64,000 nt of DNA from IMG/VR virus record IMGVR_UViG_3300048687_000087, positions 13,413-77,412 of that record. One strand, given 5' to 3'. The position numbers and the translations under genes are program-made. Position 1 is the stretch's first letter. Each line of letters starts with the position of its first letter. Under the pieces are notes generated by a model. The model made no database searches. It was not told the DNA's origin and worked only from the letters and a program-made list of their open reading frames with translations. This stretch comes from a virus. Below are positions 44,625 through 54,858 of this stretch, piece by piece.

Positions 44625-44825
44625 TCAGCTCAGCGCGGCGATGGGGCAACGCCTGCATTCCCCGCAATCGCCTCCAACTGCCTGGACCAGCTGGCGCATT
44701 GACGCCGCGACTGCACGCTGGCGATCGGGCCGATCCGGGATGACGCAGACGATGGCGTCATCCAGTTTGAACGTGTGACCCGAGAACGCCGGCCCGTAGT
44801 CGGCTATGAGCGCGTCTCCGTACAT
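44625..44825 (-). CDS. Small Cys-rich protein between repressor and integrase
   Basis: GGGGGAG RBS; CGECRRCP. Confidence 0.55.
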   Translation of the reverse strand: MYGDALIADYGPAFSGHTFKLDDAIVCVIPDRPDRQRAVAASMRQLVQAVGGDCGECRRCPIAALS

Positions 44826-44968
44826 GACTCCCCCAAGGTGTCGGAAGGAGCCTCCAAGGGTGGTGCACTTTCGACTCTGCCACGTCCAGGGCCACTTGGG
44901 GCCATCTACGTACCAGTAGACATGCCCTATCTCGTAACGAATCAGTGAAAGCAAATGGTTGTACATCT

Positions 44969-45388
44969 TTAGGGTGAACTTGGGCGCTTGAGCTTGCCCT
45001 TGCGCTTCAAGTCCTTCGCGATTCGCTCGCTGAGGTTCGTGATCTCTTCGCCCGTCAGGCCGGGCATCGTGGCGATGGCTGAGAGCTGCACGATCTCGCG
45101 CACTTCGGGATCGTCGTAGTCCTCGCCATCCAGGACCGTCACCTCTGGTTCCTCATCGCCGGGGACGGGCCCGCCGGCCGCGATCTGCTCGCACGTGTCT
45201 GGAGGCCAGTGCAGCGCCCGTTCAATCTTGCGGTAGGTGCCGTCGCGGACTTCCTCGGCCTGCTCGACGCGCTTCCAGGTGTCCTTGGAGATCCCGACGG
45301 CTTGGGCGGCGGCCACTCGCGAGGGGTACTGGGCGTGCCGCGCCGTCGTAACAGCCTTGGCGAGGCGTTCGAGATCTCGTGTCGACAT
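44969..45388 (-). CDS. Immunity repressor (XRE-like HTH)
   Basis: SRVAAAQAVGISKDTWKRVE..IERALHW; divergent from the cro-like gene. Confidence 0.8.
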   Translation of the reverse strand: MSTRDLERLAKAVTTARHAQYPSRVAAAQAVGISKDTWKRVEQAEEVRDGTYRKIERALHWPPDTCEQIAAGGPVPGDEEPEVTVLDGEDYDDPEVREIVQLSAIATMPGLTGEEITNLSERIAKDLKRKGKLKRPSSP

Positions 45389-45516
45389 AGCCCCATCTTG
45401 GCAGGGCCACTCAGGGCCAGCCAGGACCAGGGCCATCTAAGGCTGAATCTTTAGCGCCCAGTGACCTGCATGTATGCATATAGAGCTAGGTGAGGCTAAA
45501 ACAATCACCAGTAAGA

Positions 45517-45552
45517 GCTAACTAGGGCTGGACGTGGAGGCTAACTAGGGCT
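45517..45552. promoter_or_regulatory. Operator-like direct repeats in the genetic switch
   Basis: GCTAACTAGGGCT at 45517 and 45540. Confidence 0.65.
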
Positions 45553-45563
45553 AACTTCTACTC

Positions 45564-45863
45564 ATGCAGCAACCCCCAACCACCTACACGGTGAACGGCC
45601 GAAAGGTCCGTGAACTGCGTAAGGAGGCGGGCCTCGAAGTCGCCGACCTGGCCGAGCAAGCCGGCATCAGCCGCCGCTACCTCAGCCACATCGAGAACGG
45701 CACCCGAGACCGCATGAGACCGACCCGATACCAGCGACTGCGCACAGCCCTGGGGGCGAACGCAACCGACCTCTTGGCCCCACCCGAGACCCCACCCCCT
45801 AAGGAGGCCCCCAGTGCCCAGCGAGAAGTACCTCCGGTACGGACGCCCCACTCCACCGGCTGA
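45564..45863 (+). CDS. Cro-like XRE regulator
   Basis: VRELRKEAGLEVADLAEQAGISRRYLSHIENG. Confidence 0.88.
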   Translation: MQQPPTTYTVNGRKVRELRKEAGLEVADLAEQAGISRRYLSHIENGTRDRMRPTRYQRLRTALGANATDLLAPPETPPPKEAPSAQREVPPVRTPHSTG

Positions 45864-46098
45864 CCCCAACCAGGAGTACATGACCGTCCAGGAGACGGCC
45901 TATGTCCTCAATTGCAGCGTCGACGTCGCCCGCAAGCGCATCAAGGAAATCGGCGTCGAGTCCAAGGTCGGCCGTGCAGTCGTCACCTCCAAGCGGGACC
46001 GCCAGCGCATCCACGAGGCCGGCCGAAAGCGGGCCCAGGAGCAGGCCAAGCTCCGCCGCCTCCGCGCCACCGAGACCGCCGACCTCGCCGCCGCCTGA
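45814..46098 (+). CDS. Excisionase-like HTH protein
   Basis: YMTVQETAYVLNCS; position. Confidence 0.65.
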   Translation: MPSEKYLRYGRPTPPADPNQEYMTVQETAYVLNCSVDVARKRIKEIGVESKVGRAVVTSKRDRQRIHEAGRKRAQEQAKLRRLRATETADLAAA

Positions 46099-46120
46099 CC
46101 CGAAACGGATCCCCATCCCC

Positions 46121-46711
46121 ATGGCCGAACGAATCGCCCGCATCGCACGCCCGCTGTCCTGGCGTCACCAGTTCATCCGCGACCATGACTACCGCTGCCA
46201 CTACTGCAACCGGTTCGCCGGCTCTGTCGATGTGGGACCTGACGGCAAGCCGTGGCACGTGGACCACATGAACGCCCTGGCTGCAGGCGGCGAGGACGTC
46301 GAGGAGAACCTGACCTTGGCGTGCGAGCGGTGCAACTCCCTGAAGTACACGCTGCCCTACGCGAACTTCAAGGAGTACGCGGCCACTCTGTTCTGGGCTA
46401 GCGAGCCGCGGCGGATCAGCGATGACGACCTCAGCCAGCTCATGGCTGCGTTCTTGCGGACCACGGACGGCGAGTGGTTCTACACCGAGGCGGCCGACGC
46501 CGGCATGGTCCGACTCCACTCGCTCGCCAAGCAGGAACTGGGAGTCGAGTTCGACGGCCCTATCGCGGAGATCGACATTCGCGGGTCGACGAGCAAGCCC
46601 TCGAGGAGCAACGCCGACTTCATCGTCCTGGCCCATCGCCTGATGCCTCAGCTGGTTGCCGAAGTTCACCTGCTGCGCAACGAACTGCAAGCCACCAAGT
46701 CCGCCGCCTAG
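46121..46711 (+). CDS. HNH endonuclease domain protein
   Basis: CHYC..HVDH..GG..ENLTLACERCNSLK. Confidence 0.88.
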   Translation: MAERIARIARPLSWRHQFIRDHDYRCHYCNRFAGSVDVGPDGKPWHVDHMNALAAGGEDVEENLTLACERCNSLKYTLPYANFKEYAATLFWASEPRRISDDDLSQLMAAFLRTTDGEWFYTEAADAGMVRLHSLAKQELGVEFDGPIAEIDIRGSTSKPSRSNADFIVLAHRLMPQLVAEVHLLRNELQATKSAA

Positions 46712-46807
46712 AGCGGCAAACGGCCCCAACCGCCGGGGGCCTAAGCCCGGCAGCCAGGGCCTCGGAGGTCGCCGTCAGCGACCTCAACGCACCACCCCAC
46801 ACGAAAC

Positions 46808-47164
46808 GTGAAACGAAAGGGGCAGCACGTGCCTCAATCATCCCAGATCGATCGCCGGAGGCAGAGTCTCCTGGCAGCTCACTCGGCGGCACTTCACCTG
46901 ATCATTGTCGCTCCGGTTCCGCCGACATCTGTACGGATCTCGTGCAGCGAGTTCGCTCCGGACGAGCCGGAGATGGATGTCTCCCTTCACCGCGACCCGG
47001 ACGGCGTGCGTTCGCTGGCTGCCAAGTTGGAGATCGAGGTGTCGGAAGGTCCGCACAGCGAGGACGACCCGTCCGTGTTCACGGTCGCCAATGGTGAGAT
47101 CAGTGGCATCCCGGTGCGGATCTGGTCCCTCATTCCGGCGGGCACCGAAGGCGGTGCCGCATGA
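46808..47164 (+). CDS. Hypothetical protein
   Basis: ORF in the early operon; start uncertain. Confidence 0.55.
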   Translation: MKRKGQHVPQSSQIDRRRQSLLAAHSAALHLIIVAPVPPTSVRISCSEFAPDEPEMDVSLHRDPDGVRSLAAKLEIEVSEGPHSEDDPSVFTVANGEISGIPVRIWSLIPAGTEGGAA

Positions 47165-47406
47165 GCGACTTGACCCGTATCCCGACCCCGCTCGCCGTGT
47201 CCGTCTTCCGCACCCTCCAACTGCCGCCGCACGTGTTCGAGGCGCTGGTTCTGCAGGACGACGTGGAGCGCGAGTTGGCCTGTCTGTGCCCGCTGTCCTC
47301 GGTCGAGGACTACGGCGACCGCGAGATGCTCCTCGCCCGGCATGCTGCCGCCGCGAAGACCCTCGCCACCTACCCGACGGTCACCAGCGTGGGGAGCCTG
47401 TCATGA
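47161..47406 (+). CDS. Hypothetical protein
   Basis: ATGA coupling. Confidence 0.6.
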   Translation: MSDLTRIPTPLAVSVFRTLQLPPHVFEALVLQDDVERELACLCPLSSVEDYGDREMLLARHAAAAKTLATYPTVTSVGSLS

Positions 47407-47963
47407 GCGACACCCGCAACGGATTGCTCGGCGCCCTCACGGCTGAGAACGCGATGCCGGGCCGGACTGCCGTGTACCTCGTCGACGAGTACGCCGCGGC
47501 CGTCCGTGAGCCACTGCTCGCCGAGGTCCAGCGCCTCAAGGCGGCTTTCGGGGAGGCGACCGACCACATCGCCGAACTGGACGACGAGATCGGAGCCGCG
47601 TCAGCCCGCGAATCCGCCCTCAAGGGCGAGTTGGCGAAGCGTCCGTCGCGGTACTCCGCGTCACCTGCCGAGATCGACGACTACCTGCGGCGCTACTTCA
47701 CCGAGGAAGTCGTACTCAACTTCCAGCGCGCTGTCGGCAACCGTGCGGTCGAGGAAGCAGCAAAGGACATCCGGATGGGGTCCCACACGTCGATGGCCAG
47801 CCAGCTTTACGTGAACGGCATGCAGTTCGCGGCCGACCATATCGACCCGCTTAAGGGCGGCGGGCACTACCCGTCGTGCCTCCTCTGCTCGAAGCACAAC
47901 GGCTTCGGTCAGTGCCCTGGCGCCCCCTGGTGCACCCCGCGCGACGGGGAGACGGCGTCATGA
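47403..47963 (+). CDS. Hypothetical protein
   Basis: ATGA coupling; coiled coil, Cys-rich end. Confidence 0.65.
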   Translation: MSDTRNGLLGALTAENAMPGRTAVYLVDEYAAAVREPLLAEVQRLKAAFGEATDHIAELDDEIGAASARESALKGELAKRPSRYSASPAEIDDYLRRYFTEEVVLNFQRAVGNRAVEEAAKDIRMGSHTSMASQLYVNGMQFAADHIDPLKGGGHYPSCLLCSKHNGFGQCPGAPWCTPRDGETAS

Positions 47964-48160
47964 CCGCCGACATCGCCGCCCTGGACGTGCCGCTCACGAA
48001 GGTCGAGCCGGCCGCGATCCTCCTGGCTGCCGCCGCCCGCACGCACTCCCCGTCGGACCAACTCGCCTACCGCCTCGATGGCTGGCTCGTCACCCACCCC
48101 GATGCCCCCGTCTCCACGGCGGCCGACTACCCGAACTGGACGCCAGGAGGCGCCTCGTGA
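47960..48160 (+). CDS. Hypothetical protein
   Basis: ATGA coupling. Confidence 0.55.
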   Translation: MTADIAALDVPLTKVEPAAILLAAAARTHSPSDQLAYRLDGWLVTHPDAPVSTAADYPNWTPGGAS

Positions 48161-48366
48161 ACGACCTCAACCTCGATGCCGGTCTCGCCGCGGTCATCGA
48201 CTTCGTCCGCGAAACGCACGCCCCGATCGAGCAGGCATTCACCGCCCACAAGCCGGTCGAGCCCTACGACCTCGCCGCCCTCACCGGGGCTGTCGGCGCA
48301 CTCCTCAACGCGATCGACGCCCGACGCATCGACAACCAACCCGTAACCGTGAAGGCGGTGGCCTGA
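48157..48366 (+). CDS. Hypothetical protein
   Basis: GTGA coupling. Confidence 0.55.
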   Translation: MNDLNLDAGLAAVIDFVRETHAPIEQAFTAHKPVEPYDLAALTGAVGALLNAIDARRIDNQPVTVKAVA

Positions 48367-49124
48367 TGACCGAATACCCCGAGATCGCCGAGCGGTTCGC
48401 GAAGGACACCGCCAAGCACGAGATGACCGTGCTCCACGAGGACGGCCTCTACCGCCACCTCAAGTTCATGCCCCCGGACCACGGCAGCTTCGGCGCCTTC
48501 GAACTGATCACCTGGCCGTACAACCTCGTCGTCAAGACCGGGTGGACGTTCCACTTCGACATCGACGCCACCCCCGACATGTTCGACCTGTTCCGCAACA
48601 CCGCCTTCACCGGCGAGATCAACCCGAGCTACTGGCAGGAGAAGGTCCGCGCAGGCCGCGACGAGGTGGAGGGCTTCGAACCGGACCTCCTCAAGGAGGA
48701 GATCGCCTCCACGCTCGGCCAGTGGATGCGCGACGACCTCGCCGACCGAATCTGGCGGCGAGCCAAAGAGCAGGGTTTCCACCCCGACGAACTGCGCACG
48801 AACGCGCGGCTGCGGAGGGAGATGTCGCGGCAGGTCCGCCCGGAGTGGATGAAGGCGAACCACGAGCTCCGCGACACCGTCCACGAGCACTTCTTCGACG
48901 AGATGACCGACTACAACGTCGAGTTGGAGTCGGAGGCGCACCGGGCGCTGCATGACTTCTCGTGGCGCCCCGAGGGCAGCGACAGCAAGTACCCGTACTA
49001 CTTCGCCGACTGGCACGAGTGGCGGCTGCACGACTACACGCCCGGCTTCCTGTACTCCTGCCACGCGATCCGCCACGGCATCGCCCTGTACGACGCGGCC
49101 CGCGCGAAGGCGGTGGCCGCATGA
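48366..49124 (+). CDS. Conserved phage hypothetical protein
   Basis: HEMTVLHEDGLYRHL..DMFDLFR..INPSYWQEKV. Confidence 0.7.
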   Translation: MTEYPEIAERFAKDTAKHEMTVLHEDGLYRHLKFMPPDHGSFGAFELITWPYNLVVKTGWTFHFDIDATPDMFDLFRNTAFTGEINPSYWQEKVRAGRDEVEGFEPDLLKEEIASTLGQWMRDDLADRIWRRAKEQGFHPDELRTNARLRREMSRQVRPEWMKANHELRDTVHEHFFDEMTDYNVELESEAHRALHDFSWRPEGSDSKYPYYFADWHEWRLHDYTPGFLYSCHAIRHGIALYDAARAKAVAA

Positions 49125-49321
49125 CCGCCGACCTGGCCCCGCGCCCGCTCGCGGACCTGGAAATGGACTCCGTCCTCGCCGTCGAGCAGGCCATGGGGGA
49201 GCGCGCCTTAGGCCTCAAGCCGTGGACTACCGGCGAATACCTCGACCGTGTCGAGCACGTGCACGCCATGTACGCGATCCGCCGCGAATGGCTGCGCACC
49301 CACCCGCAGGAGGCGTTGTGA
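49121..49321 (+). CDS. Hypothetical protein (contains a TTA codon)
   Basis: ATGA coupling; TTA at 49208. Confidence 0.55.
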   Translation: MTADLAPRPLADLEMDSVLAVEQAMGERALGLKPWTTGEYLDRVEHVHAMYAIRREWLRTHPQEAL

Positions 49322-49533
49322 CCGCGATCCTCCCCGAACAGCCGACGGCTCTCGACGAGTTGCCGCCCATGGCCGTAACAGCGCCCCCGGTCGTGCTGCC
49401 CGGCCTCCTCGCCGGGGTCGGCGTCACCGAACGCCGCGTACCCGCCTGGATCACCGACCCGAACCTCATCGCCGACATCGTCGCCGGCCACATCGACATC
49501 CCCGACGAGTTCAACCCGCAGGAGGAGCAGTGA
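49318..49533 (+). CDS. Hypothetical protein
   Basis: GTGA coupling. Confidence 0.5.
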   Translation: MTAILPEQPTALDELPPMAVTAPPVVLPGLLAGVGVTERRVPAWITDPNLIADIVAGHIDIPDEFNPQEEQ

Positions 49534-49874
49534 GCATCTCCGCTGACCAGTTCCACACGACGCTCGCGGGCTCCGTCGAGGACGCGATCACCGAGCACGC
49601 CGACGAACTCGCCCGATCCATCGTCGCAACCCTGTCCGGGGCCATCGACGACGAGCGGGGCCGCCTCATCGAGGCAGCTGAGGAAGCTGCCCGAGCCCGC
49701 GACTTCGCCCACGGGTCGGCCGAGCACATCGCCGCGAAACGCAACCTCGCCGAGGAAGTCCTCATCGGCTGGGAGACAGGCGACATCCAGGCGGACACGG
49801 CGCTGCGGATGATCCGTGCCGCTCTCGCTGTCGGCCCGGTCATGACCGTCGATGAGCTGAAGGCGGCGCTGTGA
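49530..49874 (+). CDS. Hypothetical protein
   Basis: GGAGGAG RBS, GTGA coupling. Confidence 0.6.
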   Translation: MSISADQFHTTLAGSVEDAITEHADELARSIVATLSGAIDDERGRLIEAAEEAARARDFAHGSAEHIAAKRNLAEEVLIGWETGDIQADTALRMIRAALAVGPVMTVDELKAAL

Positions 49875-50101
49875 GCAGCCTTGAAGTCGGTACCGACCTC
49901 ATCCTCGGCCGCGTCACCGGTGTGCAGCGCCGCAAGGCCGCCCTCCACATCGCCGACCAGGTCGCCGCCGAACACCCGGACCTCACCGCGCAACAGATCG
50001 CCGCAGACCCGGCCCTCAGTCAGGGACTGCGCGAACTCCTCGACATCGTCCTCGGAACCCAGCACAGCCGACCCGCAACCATCCACGGGGGAACCGCATG
50101 A
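49871..50101 (+). CDS. Hypothetical protein
   Basis: GTGA coupling. Confidence 0.55.
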   Translation: MSSLEVGTDLILGRVTGVQRRKAALHIADQVAAEHPDLTAQQIAADPALSQGLRELLDIVLGTQHSRPATIHGGTA

Positions 50102-50493
50102 CCGACATCGAGACCCTGCACGACCAGTACATGACCGCCGTCAACGCGGCCCTGGAAGCGCACAACTGCAACCCGAAGCAAGCCGAGTGGGGGCGCATCA
50201 GCGACGGCGAACACCTCGACGCCGTACTCACCTACCCGGCCTCCTCCGTCTGGGAGCACGGGCTCACCGTCTACTGGGACGAGCGCACCGGCTGGCAGTA
50301 CACAGCCCTCGACGCAAAGCGCCGCGGCACCAACGCCGACGACCTCCCCATCGAATACCTCGCCGCCCCCAGCGTCGTCGCCCGCGCCATCTCCGCACTC
50401 CTCACCGGTCACCTCGTCAACACCGAGAGCAGCGAGCGGTGGGAGCACGCAGACCAACTGCAGGCCGCCATCGACGAGGAGAACGCGTCGTGA
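50098..50493 (+). CDS. Hypothetical protein (DUF6292-like)
   Basis: WDERTGW motif. Confidence 0.55.
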   Translation: MTDIETLHDQYMTAVNAALEAHNCNPKQAEWGRISDGEHLDAVLTYPASSVWEHGLTVYWDERTGWQYTALDAKRRGTNADDLPIEYLAAPSVVARAISALLTGHLVNTESSERWEHADQLQAAIDEENAS

Positions 50494-50945
50494 GCATCGC
50501 CCAGGATCTCCGTACCCGCGCCAAGCACCGCGGCATGAAGCCGTGGGAGCTGATCCAGAAGATCGGGCGCCTCGAGCGGGAAGCCGACAACCTGGCCTGC
50601 CAGCTCGTCGCCATGGCCACCGAGGTCGACGGCCTGAAGCGGGAACGCAACGACCTGAAGGACAGCCTCGACGCCGCAGGCATCGAACGCTCCGGCGCCC
50701 TCGAAGACCTGCGCACCGAGCGCGAGGAGACGGCCCGGCTCCGCGCCGAGCTCGCCAACCGCGACGCCATCACCGTCCAGCCGATGGAACGCGACACCAC
50801 CGCCATCGAAGACCAGGCCACCGCGCCCGCGGGCGTCGACGTCCGCCCGCTGTGGGAGGCGCTCGCCACCAACCCGGCCCACGTACCGAGTTGGGCCCGC
50901 GACACCGACACCCAGCCGCTCCGCGCCGTCGACCCGGCCGCCTGA
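50490..50945 (+). CDS. Coiled-coil hypothetical protein
   Basis: GTGA coupling. Confidence 0.6.
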   Translation: MSIAQDLRTRAKHRGMKPWELIQKIGRLEREADNLACQLVAMATEVDGLKRERNDLKDSLDAAGIERSGALEDLRTEREETARLRAELANRDAITVQPMERDTTAIEDQATAPAGVDVRPLWEALATNPAHVPSWARDTDTQPLRAVDPAA

Positions 50946-51111
50946 GACCCGCCGGGCCGGCCGCGGCACCTACCGGCCGAGCCCGGCGCCAAGACCAACC
51001 GAATACGCCGCGAACCCCACCCCCAGGGAGCACGCGGCCCGCCGAGGCCCCGCCCTCCACACCCCCTGACGAGGGCGGGGCCCGGCCACACGCATCCCAT
51101 TTGGAGACCTC

Positions 51112-51447
51112 ATGAGCACCACAAGCCCCACCATTCCGACAGAAACCGCACGCCACGTCCTGTGGCGCTACGACCGCCGCGGCGGCGCCCAGCCCGGCTC
51201 GTTCACCCAGCACCTCATGGCCGCCATTGAGGCCGCTGACTTCACCAACCGCGCCATCCTCCGCGACGCCTACCCGGCTCTCTCCGAAGCCCTCCACCTC
51301 GCCCGCTACGACGAGGAAGGCCTCGCCAAACTGCAGGCCGCCGCTGCGATCCGGTGCATCCGCTGCGGCGACACCGACGGCCCCTTCGCCGGGGCGCCGA
51401 ACCAGCCACTGTGCGAGCACTGCTACGAGAACGGCAGCGCCGCATGA
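51112..51447 (+). CDS. Hypothetical protein with C-terminal CxxC..CxxC
   Basis: PGSFTQHLMAAIEAAD..N..L..AYP. Confidence 0.65.
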   Translation: MSTTSPTIPTETARHVLWRYDRRGGAQPGSFTQHLMAAIEAADFTNRAILRDAYPALSEALHLARYDEEGLAKLQAAAAIRCIRCGDTDGPFAGAPNQPLCEHCYENGSAA

Positions 51448-52280
51448 CCGCCGCCGTCGAGGCCCCGGAGGAGGTGCAGCCGGGCCTCTACGACATCGAC
51501 GCCGAGCTCTACCACTCCGACCCGATCCCGGGCGGCAGCCTCTCCTCCACGGGCGCCCGCAAGCTCGCCACCGAATGCCCCGCCAAATTCCGCTACTGGC
51601 TCGACAACCCGCAGCCGGCCAAGAAGGCATTCGACCTCGGCACCGCGGCCCACAAGCTCGTCCTCGACGACGGCCCCGAGCTGATCCTCGTCGACGCCGC
51701 CCGCTGGGACACCAACGCCATCAAGGACGAAGTCGCAGCGATCCGCGCCGAAGGCAACGTCCCGCTCAAGCGGCACGAGCTGGAGCAGGTCCACGCCATG
51801 GCCGCCGAGCTCCGCAAGGACCCGGAAGCTGCACGCCTCCTGGAACCCGGCTCCGGCACCGCCGAACAATCCGCGTTCTGGGAAGAGCACGGCATCTGGC
51901 GCCGCTCCCGCTTCGACTGGCTACGCCACGACGGCCAAATCGTCGACTACAAGTCGACAAAGTCCGCCAACCCCGTCGACCTGCCCCGCATGTTCCACGA
52001 CTGGGGCTATGCACAGCAGCAGGAGTTCTACACGGACGCCGGCCTCGCCCTCGGCCTGATCGACCCCGACAAGCCGATGCAGTTCGTGCTCCAGGAGAAG
52101 GACCCGCCCTACCTCGTGGTCGTCACGACCTGCGACCCGATGGCGCGCGGCATCGGCCGCCACCTCAACGACCGGGCCCTCAACACCTACGCCCTGTGCC
52201 GCGAGTCCGGCGAATGGCCCGGCTACCTCGAAACGCCCTACACCTCGCTCCCCGCCTGGGTCGAGCGCCAGTACGCCTAG
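51444..52280 (+). CDS. RecE/exonuclease VIII-like PD-(D/E)XK nuclease
   Basis: YHSDP..LSSTG..GTAAH..RFDWL..IVDYKST..Y.QQ..Y..EWPGY. Confidence 0.88.
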   Translation: MTAAVEAPEEVQPGLYDIDAELYHSDPIPGGSLSSTGARKLATECPAKFRYWLDNPQPAKKAFDLGTAAHKLVLDDGPELILVDAARWDTNAIKDEVAAIRAEGNVPLKRHELEQVHAMAAELRKDPEAARLLEPGSGTAEQSAFWEEHGIWRRSRFDWLRHDGQIVDYKSTKSANPVDLPRMFHDWGYAQQQEFYTDAGLALGLIDPDKPMQFVLQEKDPPYLVVVTTCDPMARGIGRHLNDRALNTYALCRESGEWPGYLETPYTSLPAWVERQYA

Positions 52281-52289
52281 GAGAACCAC

Positions 52290-53105
52290 ATGTCCCAACT
52301 CGGACAACCCACCCGACCCGCACCCCGCGCCGAACAGAACGGCTCTGAGCCGCAGTTCACGTTCCAGCCCGCCAGCAAGGCAGGCCGCAAAGCCCGACTG
52401 TCCATCCAAGGCATGTCCGGCTCCGGCAAGACATGGACCGGCCTCGGTATCTGCCACGGCCTTTCCGAGGGCCGCAAGTTCGCCGTCATCGACACCGAGA
52501 AGGGCGCCGCCAGCCTCTACGCCGGCATCGGAGGCATCCAGTTCGACAGCCTCGCCATGGATCGCTACGACCCCCGCGACCTCGCCCGCGCCCTCGACGC
52601 CGCCGCACAAGCCGGATACCCCACCGTCTTCGTCGACTCCCTCTCCCACTTCTGGAAAGGCGCCGACGGCACCCTCGACCAGGTCGAGAAGGCCAAGTCG
52701 AAGTACGGCGGCAACAAGTTCGCCGGCTGGAAAGACGGCACCCCCATGCAGAACGACATGGTCGCCGCGATCCTCGCCTACCCCGGCCACGTCGTCGCCT
52801 CGATGCGCTCCTACACCGAGTGGGTCCTGGACGGCGGAAAGCCCCAGCGCGTCGGCATGCGTCCCGAACAGCGCAAGGGCATCGAGTACGAATTCGACGT
52901 CGCCGTCGCCATGGACATCGACAACACCCTCGAAGTCCTCAAGTCCCGCTGCCCCGGCCTCAACCGCAAGGTGATGCCGCGTCCGCAGGGAGCCCGCGAC
53001 ATCGCCGCCCCGCTCCTCGCCTGGCTCAGCGCCGCCCCCGAGCAGCCGACGGACACCACGGCCGGCCCGCCGCCGGACGAACCCATCGGCCCCGACCAGC
53101 AGTAG
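52290..53105 (+). CDS. AAA ATPase, Sak4-like recombination protein
   Basis: GMSGSGKT, VIDTE, VDSLSH, EYEFD. Confidence 0.85.
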   Translation: MSQLGQPTRPAPRAEQNGSEPQFTFQPASKAGRKARLSIQGMSGSGKTWTGLGICHGLSEGRKFAVIDTEKGAASLYAGIGGIQFDSLAMDRYDPRDLARALDAAAQAGYPTVFVDSLSHFWKGADGTLDQVEKAKSKYGGNKFAGWKDGTPMQNDMVAAILAYPGHVVASMRSYTEWVLDGGKPQRVGMRPEQRKGIEYEFDVAVAMDIDNTLEVLKSRCPGLNRKVMPRPQGARDIAAPLLAWLSAAPEQPTDTTAGPPPDEPIGPDQQ

Positions 53106-53165
53106 CCCGCACACGCCTGAGCCGCCCGCGGGCAATGCGGGCGGCTCCCCAACAGGAGACCACAC

Positions 53166-53408
53166 ATGACCGTGCGAACCATGCACCAGAACGAAGCCGA
53201 CCTCCGTACTGCGCTCACCATCCTCGCCGAACGCTACGAGGCCATCGCCGCGAAGGCCGAGTCGGACGTCGCCAAGGCGCGCGTCCGGCAGATCAGCCAG
53301 GTCGCCCGCGACATCCGCACCGTCCTCACCACCGGCCGCATCCCCGACTACCTCGCCGCAGCCGCCCCGCTCGCCGACACCCAGAACGACGAGGAGACCG
53401 CGTCATGA
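53166..53408 (+). CDS. Hypothetical protein
   Basis: AGGAG RBS. Confidence 0.6.
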   Translation: MTVRTMHQNEADLRTALTILAERYEAIAAKAESDVAKARVRQISQVARDIRTVLTTGRIPDYLAAAAPLADTQNDEETAS

Positions 53409-54460
53409 GCGACACCACGACGATCGAGTGGACCGACTCGACCTGGAACCCCGTCACCGGCTGCACCAAGGTCACGCCGGGCTGCGACAACTGCTACGCC
53501 GAGACGTTCGCCGAGCGCTGGCGCGGCACGCCAGGTCACCACTTCGAGAACGGCTTCGACCTCACCCTCCGCCCCAACGCCCTCACCATGCCGCTGCGCT
53601 GGCGCAAGCCCCGCAAGGTCTTCGTCAACAGCATGTCCGACCTGTTCCACAAGGACATCCCCGACGAATACATCGCCCGCGTGTTCGCCGTCATGGCGCT
53701 CACCACGCAGCACACCTACCAGGTGCTGACCAAGCGGCACGGGCGAATGCGGTCCCTCCTGAACAGCAGCGACTTTCGGCTCGCCTGCGAGACGGCCCAA
53801 GCCGAACTCATCAATGACGAGTCGACGCCGATGTCGTACTACGAGCGTGAGCAGAAGACCTCGCAGTGGTGGAGCGACTTCGCCAAGCCACTTCGGAACG
53901 TGTGGCTCGGCGTCAGCGTCGAAGACCAGCAGCGTGCTGACCTCCGCATCCCGGCCCTTCTGGAGACCCCCGCCGCAGTCCGCTTCCTGTCCTGCGAACC
54001 GCTCCTCGGCCCCGTCGACCTTCACCTGCCCGTCGACCACTCGACCCACGAGCGGGACCACATCGACGGAACGCCGTGGCCGCAGTGCCTCGACTGCTCC
54101 ACCCAGGACACCTCGGTCGACTGGACTGTTCCAGACGGGCCCGGCATCGGATGGGTGATCGTCGGCGGTGAATCGGGCCGCAATGCCCGTCCTATGAGCC
54201 CCGACTGGGCCCGTGACCTCCGCGACCAATGCCAGACCGCCAACGTCCCCTTCTTCTTCAAGCAGTTCGGCGAGTACCAGCCCACAGACCGCATGGCCAT
54301 CGGTCGCCCCCAGAAGGGCCACGCCCTCGTCGGCGACCCCATCGACGACCTCGGCCACCGCTGGGAAATGCGCCGCGTCGGCAAGAAGGCCGCCGGCCGC
54401 GAACTCGACGGCCGCACCTGGAATCAGGTCCCTGCCGTCACGACGGGAGTCGCATCATGA
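53405..54460 (+). CDS. DUF5131 (phage Gp37/Gp68) family protein
   Basis: IEWTDSTWNPVTGCTKVTPGCDNCYA, FVNSMSDLFH, SCEPLLG, GGESG, FFKQ. Confidence 0.92.
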   Translation: MSDTTTIEWTDSTWNPVTGCTKVTPGCDNCYAETFAERWRGTPGHHFENGFDLTLRPNALTMPLRWRKPRKVFVNSMSDLFHKDIPDEYIARVFAVMALTTQHTYQVLTKRHGRMRSLLNSSDFRLACETAQAELINDESTPMSYYEREQKTSQWWSDFAKPLRNVWLGVSVEDQQRADLRIPALLETPAAVRFLSCEPLLGPVDLHLPVDHSTHERDHIDGTPWPQCLDCSTQDTSVDWTVPDGPGIGWVIVGGESGRNARPMSPDWARDLRDQCQTANVPFFFKQFGEYQPTDRMAIGRPQKGHALVGDPIDDLGHRWEMRRVGKKAAGRELDGRTWNQVPAVTTGVAS

Positions 54461-54858
54461 AGGCCCTCACGATTCGCCAGCCCTGGGCGGACGCGATCGC
54501 CCACGGATCGAAGCGGACCGAGAACCGCACCTGGACCACCCGCTACCGCGGCCCGATCCTCATCCACGCGGGCATCGCCGAGGACCGTCAGACGATTCTC
54601 CCGATCGGACAGAACACCGCGCGCGCCGACTGGCCCGACTACCGCGGCGCCATCATCGCCACCGCCGAACTCGTCGACGTCCACGTCGCCGCCGCCTGCT
54701 GCACGCCCTGGGGCGAACGAGACGTCTACCACTGGACGCTCGCCAACGTGCACGCCCTGCCCGAACCCGTGCTCACCAAGGGACGCCAGCAGCTCTGGAA
54801 CCCGGCACCCGCCATCATCCACGCCGCCCTCGACCAGATCGAGGAGACCGCGTCATGA
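54457..54858 (+). CDS. ASCH domain protein
   Basis: MKALTIRQPWA..GSKRTENRTW..YRGPILIHAG. Confidence 0.88.
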   Translation: MKALTIRQPWADAIAHGSKRTENRTWTTRYRGPILIHAGIAEDRQTILPIGQNTARADWPDYRGAIIATAELVDVHVAAACCTPWGERDVYHWTLANVHALPEPVLTKGRQQLWNPAPAIIHAALDQIEETAS